Part shown: positions 57,328 to 64,000 of the stretch, in pieces
How the letters are laid out: every line of letters begins with the position of its first letter
How positions within the stretch are numbered: position 1 is the stretch's first letter
NCBI GenBank assembly: GCA_963766505.1
Contig: CAVYAL010000004.1
Coordinates: forward strand, 38,733 to 102,732
DNA: 64,000 nt
Direction of reading: 5' to 3'
Origin: an uncultured Gammaproteobacteria bacterium
GTDB taxonomy: Bacteria > Pseudomonadota > Gammaproteobacteria > Steroidobacterales > Steroidobacteraceae
The notes under the pieces: generated by a model
What the model saw: the letters and a program-made list of their open reading frames with translations, nothing else
What the model was told of the DNA's origin: nothing
The model's database searches: none
Position numbers and translations under genes: made by a program

Positions 57328-58129
57328 GCCGACGGCGTCCGCGCGAGGGCGCCTTGCGCCTGCCAGTCGCGCGACTCGCCGCGGATTCCCCGGTGCGGCC
57401 CGTCAGCTCGAGCAGCGGTTCGAATTCAGCTTGCGCGAGTTCGCGGTGTCTTCCGCGAGGCAGGTCGCGGGGCAGCGCAAACGGGCCCCAGCGCACCAGC
57501 ATCACGCGGTTCACCTTGAGTCCCGCGGCATCGAACAGGGCGCGCACGCCGCCACGCGGTATCGAATGCGCGCAGGCCACCCGGAACCATGCGTTACTCG
57601 TGCCCTGCCCGGCCAGCTCGGCCGCCTCGAGATCGATGACCTGCTGGCCTGCCACCAGCTGTCGTGGCAGTTCGGGCCAGTCACCGGCACCCCTGGGCTG
57701 CAGCGCCCGCACACGGTACTCGACTGGCCAGTCACGGCCGCGGCGCCCGGCCTCGGCTGCAAGTGCACCGTCGTTCGTCAGGAGGAGCAGGCCGTCCTCG
57801 CCGTAGCCGAGCGCGTTGACCGCCACCCACCGTCCGGCGTGCAGTCCGGGCAATCGCTCCTCGACCCCTGCGCGCTCGTCTCCCTGCCGGCTGCGAGACA
57901 TCTCACCGCTCGGCTTGTGGTACACGAGGACCTTCAGCGCCTTGTTGGTGGCGAGCCGTCGCGTGACGTCGCGTCCATCCACGGTGATCCGGTCACGGGA
58001 CGTGACCTTCTGGCCGATCTCCGCAGGCCGGCCGTTGACCAGTACCCGACCCTCCCGGATCCAGGCCTCAACCTCCCTGCGGGAACCGATGCCATGCTGC
58101 GCGAGCAGCTTGTGGAGCCGCTCGTCCAT
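57314..58129 (-). CDS. RluB-like pseudouridine synthase homologue (S4 domain plus RsuA/RluB-type core) lacking the catalytic GRLD motif
   Basis: MDERLHKLLAQHGIGSRREVEAWIREGRVLVNG (S4), then ...RWVAVNALGYGEDGLLLLTNDG, where the family has VGRLDxxTxGLLLxTNDG. Arg-rich tail. Sits in the conserved scpA-scpB-rluB position. Confidence 0.75.
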   Translation of the reverse strand: MDERLHKLLAQHGIGSRREVEAWIREGRVLVNGRPAEIGQKVTSRDRITVDGRDVTRRLATNKALKVLVYHKPSGEMSRSRQGDERAGVEERLPGLHAGRWVAVNALGYGEDGLLLLTNDGALAAEAGRRGRDWPVEYRVRALQPRGAGDWPELPRQLVAGQQVIDLEAAELAGQGTSNAWFRVACAHSIPRGGVRALFDAAGLKVNRVMLVRWGPFALPRDLPRGRHRELAQAEFEPLLELTGRTGESAASRATGRRKAPSRGRRRPTGR

Positions 58130-58137
58130 TCGGGCGT

Positions 58138-58899
58138 TCAGCGTTCCAGGTCTTGCGGCGGCGCGGCGACCAGCGATGGCGCCGACCTCGACTCGTCCTC
58201 GCCCGAATCCTCGTCCAGCGAGTCCTCGCCGGAATCGCCCGGCTCCTCGTCGGGACTGCCCTGATCCGGGTCGATCACGACTGCAGATCCCTGCAGCGCT
58301 TCGACCGCAGCTTGCGCGCCGCCCTGCTCCTCGGCTCCGGACGACGGCAACTCGAGCTGAACCTTCATGTCGTCGAGGTCGCGCAGTTCGGCGAGCGTCG
58401 GAAGATCATCGAGCTTCTTGAGCCCGAAATAGTCCAGGAACTCCCTGGTCGTCCCGAGCAGCTCGGGTCGCCCAGGCACTTCGCGATGCCCCACGATGCG
58501 GATCCAGTTGCGTTCCTGGAGGGTCCGCATGATCGACGAGCTCACCGCAACGCCCCGGATGGCCTCGATCTCGCCGCGCGTGATCGGCTGCCGGTATGCA
58601 ATGAGCGCCAGCGTCTCCAGCAGAGCCCGGGAATAACGCGCGGGCCGCTCCTGCCACAGCCTCGAAACGACGTCCGAGTGCCTGGAGCGGATCTGGATGC
58701 GCCAGCCGCTTGCGACTTCGCAGAGTTCTACCGCTCTATCCGCGCAGTCGCGGCCCAGCTCGTCCAGCGCAGAGCTGAGCGCCTCCTCCGAGGGTCGCTC
58801 ATGTTCGTCGAACAACTCGCGCATCTGCTCGATCTTCAGCGGCCGCCCGGCGGCCAGCAAAATGGCCTCGACGACCTGGGTCAGTGGATTTCCATTCAT
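58138..58899 (-). CDS. scpB: Segregation and condensation protein B
   Basis: VEAILLAAGRPL..., YRQPITRGEIEAIRGV, with a long acidic C-terminal tail. Confidence 0.9.
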   Translation of the reverse strand: MNGNPLTQVVEAILLAAGRPLKIEQMRELFDEHERPSEEALSSALDELGRDCADRAVELCEVASGWRIQIRSRHSDVVSRLWQERPARYSRALLETLALIAYRQPITRGEIEAIRGVAVSSSIMRTLQERNWIRIVGHREVPGRPELLGTTREFLDYFGLKKLDDLPTLAELRDLDDMKVQLELPSSGAEEQGGAQAAVEALQGSAVVIDPDQGSPDEEPGDSGEDSLDEDSGEDESRSAPSLVAAPPQDLER

Positions 58900-59819
58900 G
58901 GTTCGATCTGCCTGACGACGCCCGGTCGCTCGTTGTCGACGACGAGTTTCACGTGCCGGGATGATCCAGCCCGCAGGTGTATTGGCGCGAATGGCTCCGC
59001 CTGGACGATTTCGACCAACCCTTCCTTGAGCAGTTCCAGGATCGCGGCGAACGTCACCGTCACGCCCATGCGGCCCTCTTCCGGCCTGAAAAGCTGTATG
59101 AACTCGACAAAGGCCTGGCTGCGCAGCGCTTCGAGCACGTCCGTCATGCGCTGACGCACCGACAGCCGTTCGAGTCGTATGTGATGGTGGGCGAACATCT
59201 CGGCCCGGACCATCACGTCCTTCAGCGCCACCAGCATCTCCTGCAGCGTGACGTCCGGCAGCGTCCGCACGACGCGTCGCTCGGCGACCTCGGCGGTGGC
59301 CTGGAAGGTGTCGCGCTCGAGGCGCGGCAACTCGTCGAGATTCTCCGCCGCCGCCTTGAACCGCTCGTACTCCTGCAGTCGGCGGATCAGCTCGGCGCGC
59401 GGGTCTGCCTCCTCCGCCCCGACCTCGGCGGACGGCCGCGGCAGCAGCATGCGCGACTTGATCTCGGCCAGCGTGGCCGCCATCACCAGGTACTCGCCGG
59501 CCAGTTCGAACTGCAGCTCGTGCATCACCTCGATGTACTGCATGTACTGCCGCGTGATGTCGGCTATCGGAATGTCGAGGATGTCGAGGTTCTGTCGCCG
59601 GATCAGGTACAGCAACAAGTCGAGCGGCCCTTCGAATGCCTCCAGGATCACCTGCAGCGCGTCCGGCGGGATGTAGAGGTCCCGAGGCAGCTGTGTCACC
59701 GCCTCTCCCTCGACGATGGCGAATGGCATCTCGGCCTGCTCGGGCTTTGTCGCATGCGAGGCGGCCTGCGCCTCATCGCCGGCCGCGCGCTCGACCAGGG
59801 TGAGATCCGGTTTGCTCAA
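58896..59819 (-). CDS. scpA: Segregation and condensation protein A
   Basis: FEGPLDLLLYLIRRQNLDILDIPIADIT. The start is taken as TTG 59819 (GAGGG 7 nt upstream, just after the trpS stop). ATG 59729 is the alternative. Confidence 0.85.
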   Translation of the reverse strand: MSKPDLTLVERAAGDEAQAASHATKPEQAEMPFAIVEGEAVTQLPRDLYIPPDALQVILEAFEGPLDLLLYLIRRQNLDILDIPIADITRQYMQYIEVMHELQFELAGEYLVMAATLAEIKSRMLLPRPSAEVGAEEADPRAELIRRLQEYERFKAAAENLDELPRLERDTFQATAEVAERRVVRTLPDVTLQEMLVALKDVMVRAEMFAHHHIRLERLSVRQRMTDVLEALRSQAFVEFIQLFRPEEGRMGVTVTFAAILELLKEGLVEIVQAEPFAPIHLRAGSSRHVKLVVDNERPGVVRQIEP

Positions 59820-59829
59820 GAGCCTGCCC

Positions 59830-61047
59830 TCACCGGTACACCAGGCCCATGGCCTGCTTGACGTCGTCCAGTGTCGCACCGGCGACCTCGCGTGCCTTGG
59901 CGCAGCCCTCTGACAGGATGCCGCGCACCAGCTCCGGATTCTCCTCGTATTCCTGTGCCCTTTGCCGCATCGAGCTGACCTCCTCGACGACCCGGTCGAT
60001 CAGCGGCTTCTTGCATTCCAGGCAGCCGATGCCTGCGCTGCGGCAGCCCTCCATCACCCAGCGACGCGTTTCGTCGCTGGAGTAGATCAGGTGCAGGTCC
60101 CAGACAGGACATTTTTCCGGGTCGCCGGGATCGGTTCGCCGTACACGCGCCGGGTCGGTCTGCATGGTCCTCAGCTTGGTCGCGACCGAGTCCGGGTTCT
60201 CGCGAATCCCGATCGTGTTGTTGTAAGACTTCGACATCTTGCGGCCATCGAGCCCGGTGACTTTGGGCGTGGCCGTCAGCAGGGCCTCGGGTTCGGGCAG
60301 TATCGTGCGGCCGGTGTTGTCGAGATAGCCGAGCAGCCGTTCCCGGTCCGCGACGGTCAGCCGCGAATTGCCCTCCAGCAAAGCCCGGGCGCGGGCCAGG
60401 GCCTCCGTGTCGCCTTGTTCCTGGTAGGCACGCCGCAGCTCCCCGTAGCGCGCTGCATTGCGGCTGCCGAGGTGCTTCAGCGCCCGCTCCGCCCTGGCCT
60501 CGAAGTCCGCCTCGCGTCCGTAGATGTAATTGAACCGCCGGGCGATTTCGCGAGTGATCTCGACATGCGCGACCTGGTCCTCACCGACCGGCACATACAT
60601 CGGGCGGTACAGCAGGATGTCCGCGCTCTGCAGCAGCGGATAGCCGAGGAAGCCGTACGTGGCGAGATCGCGCTCCTTCAGCTGCTCCTGCTGGTCCTTG
60701 TAGGTCGGCACCCGTTCGAGCCAGCCGAGCGGCGTGATCATCGACAACAGCAGATGCAGTTCAGCGTGCTCCGGCACACGCGACTGGATGAACATCGTGC
60801 ATACGGCCGGGTTGAGGCCGGCGGCGAGCCAGTCGACGGTCATCTGCCAGACATGCTCGTCGATGCCCTGGGTGTCCTCATACCCGGTCGTCAATGCATG
60901 CAGGTCCGCCACGAAGAAGTAGCAGTCGTACTGGTACTGCAACTCCGTCCAGTTCCTGAGAGCGCCGTGGTAGTTGCCGAGATGCAGGCTGCCCGTGGGA
61001 CGCATTCCCGACAGCACGCGCCGCGGCGCCGTTACGTTAGAGCTCAA
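59830..61047 (-). CDS. trpS: Tryptophan--tRNA ligase (long form with insertion and Cys-rich C-terminal region)
   Basis: SGMRPTGSLHLGNYHGAL (HIGH region) and KMSKS. TTG start with an AGGGAG RBS. Confidence 0.93.
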   Translation of the reverse strand: MSSNVTAPRRVLSGMRPTGSLHLGNYHGALRNWTELQYQYDCYFFVADLHALTTGYEDTQGIDEHVWQMTVDWLAAGLNPAVCTMFIQSRVPEHAELHLLLSMITPLGWLERVPTYKDQQEQLKERDLATYGFLGYPLLQSADILLYRPMYVPVGEDQVAHVEITREIARRFNYIYGREADFEARAERALKHLGSRNAARYGELRRAYQEQGDTEALARARALLEGNSRLTVADRERLLGYLDNTGRTILPEPEALLTATPKVTGLDGRKMSKSYNNTIGIRENPDSVATKLRTMQTDPARVRRTDPGDPEKCPVWDLHLIYSSDETRRWVMEGCRSAGIGCLECKKPLIDRVVEEVSSMRQRAQEYEENPELVRGILSEGCAKAREVAGATLDDVKQAMGLVYR

Positions 61048-61101
61048 CGCCGCTCCCTAGATGATCGACACATAGAAGATTTATAAATCAATTACTTATA
61101 A

Positions 61102-61131
61102 GAACTTCCCAGACTAACTTACAGGAAGTTC
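61102..61131. repeat. Inverted repeat GAACTTCC-N14-GGAAGTTC in an AT-rich intergenic island
   Basis: 8-bp arms read directly from the sequence, located between the yciO stop and the trpS start. Confidence 0.7.
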
Positions 61132-61189
61132 GGTCGTCCCCATTATCGGAAGCCGCGATTATATATATGCAGGCGTCGCCAGGAGAGGC

Positions 61190-61840
61190 TCATTCGAACG
61201 CCGAAACATCCCCTTTGCCTCGCCGGACGACGACGGGCGCCTCGCCCGTCAGATCGACGACGCTGCTGGGGAGGACGCCGCCGGGGCCACCATCTATCAC
61301 CAGGTCCACCTCGTGCTGGAGACGCTCACGGATTTCCTGCGCGTCGGTCATCGGCGCATCGTCTCCGGGCAGCAGCAGCGTGGAACTCATGATCGGTTCG
61401 CCCAGCTCGGCCAGCAGCATTCTCACGATCGCGTTGTCCGGTACGCGTATGCCTATCGTGCGCCGCTTCGGGTTCTGCAGCCGCTTGGGAACCTCGCGGG
61501 TAGCCTCGAGGATGAATGTGTACGGCCCCGGCGTGCAGGCCTTGAGCGTTCGGTACTGCCTGTTATCCACCCTTGCGTAGCGCGAAATCTCCGACAGGTC
61601 ACGACACACGAGGGTGAAATTGTGCTCCTTGTCCGCATGCCGGATTCGCCGGATTCGCTCCATGGCCTCCTTGTCCCCGATCCAGCAACCTAGCGCATAG
61701 CTGGAGTCCGTCGGATATACGACGACGCTGCCATCCCGCATGGCCGCAATCGCCTGCCGGATCAGCCGCGGCTGGGGGTTGATCGGGTGGATTGTGAGCA
61801 GCAGCGCCACTGATTTCGATCCCGGACACGATGCGGGCAA
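61190..61840 (-). CDS. yciO: YciO / threonylcarbamoyl-AMP synthase-like (Sua5/YrdC/YciO family)
   Basis: IHPINPQPRLIRQAIAAMRDGSVVVYPTDSSYALGC...HNFTLVCRDLSEIS...PGPYTFIL. Collinear with E. coli YciO as I recall it. The start may be GTG 61810. Confidence 0.85.
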   Translation of the reverse strand: MPASCPGSKSVALLLTIHPINPQPRLIRQAIAAMRDGSVVVYPTDSSYALGCWIGDKEAMERIRRIRHADKEHNFTLVCRDLSEISRYARVDNRQYRTLKACTPGPYTFILEATREVPKRLQNPKRRTIGIRVPDNAIVRMLLAELGEPIMSSTLLLPGDDAPMTDAQEIRERLQHEVDLVIDGGPGGVLPSSVVDLTGEAPVVVRRGKGDVSAFE

Positions 61841-61899
61841 ACGGCTTGGTATGATACGCGCCCTTCGCGCCTGCCGGACGCACCGACGCCTACGGACGC

Positions 61900-62436
61900 A
61901 TGCAGTTCCTCTTCGATCTATTGCCGGTCATCGCCTTCTTCGTCGCCTACAAGCTCGCCGACATCTACGTGGCGACGGGCGTGCTGATCGTTGGCGTGCT
62001 GCTTCAAACACTGGCCAGCTGGATCCGCTTCCGCAAGGTGAGCCCGATGCTGCTGACCTCGGCCCTGCTGGTGCTGGTGTTCGGGGGACTTACGCTGCTG
62101 ATCCACGACGCGGTGTTCATAAAGTGGAAGCCGACCATCGTGAACTGGCTCTTCGCGATAGCGTTCCTGGTCACCTACTACCTCCGCGGCCCGACACTGG
62201 TCGAGCGGCTGATGGGTGAGAATGTCCAGCTGCAGGCGGGCGACTGGAACCGCCTGAATTTCGCCTGGGTGGCCTTCTTCCTGTTCGCCGGCGCGCTGAA
62301 CCTCTGGGTGGCGTTCCGCTTCGACGAGGCGACCTGGGTCAACTTCAAGCTGTTCGGCCTGATGGGCTTGACGCTCGTCTTCGCGCTCGCCCAGGGCGTG
62401 TGGATCTCCCGCCGGGCAACCGAACCAGGCAACTGA
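61900..62436 (+). CDS. yciB: Intracellular septation protein A (YciB/IspZ)
   Basis: MQFLFDLLPVIAFFVAYKLADIYVAT... with five TM segments. A TGgTATGAT extended -10 lies at 61847-61855. Confidence 0.9.
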   Translation: MQFLFDLLPVIAFFVAYKLADIYVATGVLIVGVLLQTLASWIRFRKVSPMLLTSALLVLVFGGLTLLIHDAVFIKWKPTIVNWLFAIAFLVTYYLRGPTLVERLMGENVQLQAGDWNRLNFAWVAFFLFAGALNLWVAFRFDEATWVNFKLFGLMGLTLVFALAQGVWISRRATEPGN

Positions 62437-62736
62437 ATGCTCTACGTCATCATCGGCCGCGATGCCCCGAATTCCCTCGAGATACGCAGGCGAGCGCGGC
62501 CGGCGCACCTTGCACGCGCGCAGGCCCTTGTCGACCAGGGGCGCATGGTCGTCGCTGGACCGTTGCCGGCCATCGACTCGCAGGACCCGGGTCCTGCGGG
62601 ATTCATCGGCAGCCTGATCGTGGCCGAGTTTCCTTCGCTCGAAGACGCCGAGGCCTGGATCACTGCCGATCCGTACGTTACCGAGGGGGTCTTCACCTCC
62701 TTCGAAGTCCGGCCCTTCGTCAAAGTGCTGCCGTGA
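62437..62736 (+). CDS. yciI: YciI family protein
   Basis: MLYVIIGRDAPNSLEIRRRARPAHLA..., 99 aa. Confidence 0.85.
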   Translation: MLYVIIGRDAPNSLEIRRRARPAHLARAQALVDQGRMVVAGPLPAIDSQDPGPAGFIGSLIVAEFPSLEDAEAWITADPYVTEGVFTSFEVRPFVKVLP

Positions 62737-63014
62737 CCGTATCCCGCGAAGCCCGGCTCAAGGAGCGACTCGAGGCCGCGTTGCGGCCCCGTCGCCTGGA
62801 GGTCACCGACGACAGCCACCTTCATGCGGGCCATGCCGGCGCGGCCGACGGTCGGGGTCACTTCACGGTTCTGATCGTCGCCGAGGCATTTTCGGGCCTC
62901 CCGACCCTCAGAAGGCACCGACTGGTCTACGAGGCCGTCGGCGACATGATGCAGACCGACATTCACGCACTCTCGATCCAGGCGCTTTCGCCCGGCGAGC
63001 TGGCTCATCCCTGA
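62733..63014 (+). CDS. BolA family protein
   Basis: LEVTDDSHLHAGHAG...HFTVLIVAEAFSGL..RHRLVY. GTGA overlap with yciI. Confidence 0.85.
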   Translation: MTVSREARLKERLEAALRPRRLEVTDDSHLHAGHAGAADGRGHFTVLIVAEAFSGLPTLRRHRLVYEAVGDMMQTDIHALSIQALSPGELAHP

Positions 63015-63038
63015 ACGCTTTTCACCACCGAGGTCCTG

Positions 63039-63878
63039 ATGCGCAACCACAAACTGACTTTCCTGCTTCTTGCCGGCGGCGCCCTGCTCGCAGCCTGCAC
63101 GCGGCCCGCGGGCGACGCGGGCGGCGTTTCCCCGACCTCCGCTGCGAGTACCGAAGGCGCGGTGGCGATCGTCAACGGCAAGCCGATTGGCGCCGAGGTG
63201 TTTGACGTGTTCCTGCGCGCCGTTACCGGAAATCCGGCGGCCGAAGCGACGGCCGAGCAGAAGGAGCAGCTGCTCGACCAGCTCGTCAACATGTCGCTTG
63301 CGGCCCAGGCCGCCGAAAAGGACGGGCTTGGGAAAGATCCGGCCATCCAGGCGCGCATCGACCTGCTGACGACGCAGATCCTCGCAGAGGCGGCCACGGA
63401 GAAATACGACGAATCGCATCCGCTGACCGAGGAAGAGATCCGTGCCGAGTATGACGAGCAGATTGCCGGGATGCCGCAGGAGTACAAGGCCCGCCACATC
63501 CTCGTCGAGAGCCAGGAGACCGCGGAGTCCATCATTTCCCAGCTGCAGGCCGGTGGCGACTTCGCGAAGCTGGCGGCAGCTGAGTCCAAGGACAGCGGCA
63601 GCGCCAAGCAGGGCGGCGACCTCGGCTGGTTCGCCGCGCAGTCGATGGTCAAGCCTTTCGCTGATGCCGTGATGGGTCTCGAGAAAGGCGGCCTGACGAC
63701 GGCACCCGTGCAAAGCGAATTCGGCTGGCACGTGATCCAGCTCGAAGACGTTCGAAGCCCTGAGCCCCCGGCCTACGAGGACGTGAAGCAGCAGGTCGAG
63801 ATGATCGCGCGGCGCAAGAAGCTGCAGGCCTACCTGGACGATCTGCGTAAGACCGCGGAGATCGAAAAGAAGATCTGA
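63039..63878 (+). CDS. Parvulin-type peptidyl-prolyl cis-trans isomerase, lipoprotein
   Basis: Lipobox LLAAC, plus the PpiC domain YKARHILV...GGDLGWF...PVQSEFGWHVIQLEDVR. Confidence 0.88.
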   Translation: MRNHKLTFLLLAGGALLAACTRPAGDAGGVSPTSAASTEGAVAIVNGKPIGAEVFDVFLRAVTGNPAAEATAEQKEQLLDQLVNMSLAAQAAEKDGLGKDPAIQARIDLLTTQILAEAATEKYDESHPLTEEEIRAEYDEQIAGMPQEYKARHILVESQETAESIISQLQAGGDFAKLAAAESKDSGSAKQGGDLGWFAAQSMVKPFADAVMGLEKGGLTTAPVQSEFGWHVIQLEDVRSPEPPAYEDVKQQVEMIARRKKLQAYLDDLRKTAEIEKKI

Positions 63879-63902
63879 TCGCTCGCGGCCGAAGCCCACA
63901 TC

Positions 63903-63943
63903 GACGGCCGGCCCCTTCCACGAGGGGCCGGCCGTCTTTTTTT
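63903..63943 (+). terminator. Rho-independent terminator
   Basis: GACGGCCGGCCCC-ttccacga-GGGGCCGGCCGTC followed by TTTTTTT. Confidence 0.85.
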
Positions 63944-64000
63944 CGCAACAAGGATCGGCGTAGCGGCTCCGGTCAGCGGACCTCGGGCGAGCCCTGTGGG

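Overview
High-GC, gammaproteobacterium-like core chromosome. Gene order resembles Xanthomonadales/Nevskiales-type genomes; this is an inference from synteny, not a database hit. Almost every base is explained by recognisable housekeeping genes. In order these are: a truncated ilvD, an MFS gene, an M17 aminopeptidase, ilvC-leuA-leuC-leuD-leuB, metX-metB, yerC-like plus hisGDCBHAFIE, an MFS gene, asd and a fused aspartokinase/DAP decarboxylase. A small patch of poorly characterised genes follows: a charged mini-protein, a DUF62 SAM hydrolase, a histidine phosphatase and a TerB-like protein. After these come tRNA-Pro, merR-like, ihfA, pheT, pheS, rplT, rpmI, infC, thrS, tRNA-Val, uvrB, an aminotransferase, tRNA-Asn, gabT, galU, comEA and lapA. 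The window ends with ihfB, rpsA, cmk, aroA, pheA, serA, serC, gyrA, mtaD-like, ubiG, gph-like, rmuC, yciK-like, rluB-like, scpB, scpA, trpS, yciO, yciB, yciI, bolA and a parvulin PPIase. I found no CRISPR array, integrase, transposase, toxin-antitoxin pair or defence-like cluster, and no evidence for a novel multi-gene system. The most interesting signals are at the RNA and sequence-motif level. (1) A Leu/Ile-rich leader ORF with mutually exclusive antiterminator and terminator hairpins upstream of ilvC-leu. (2) An orphan promoter-to-terminator unit (~155 nt, highly structured) between leuB and metB, a candidate sRNA. (3) A clear SAM-I riboswitch in front of metX-metB. (4) Two AT-rich islands about 51.7 kb apart that share a near-identical IHF-consensus core. 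(5) A perfect 24-bp-arm AT-rich palindrome downstream of uvrB. (6) An RluB-like protein that has lost the catalytic GRLD aspartate. (7) A TrpRS with a four-cysteine C-x21-C-x6-C-x2-C motif. (8) hisF and infC without canonical start codons. (9) An ilvD frame that loses homology about 125 nt from the window edge. All start sites, promoters and RNA structures were read by eye and need computational confirmation.
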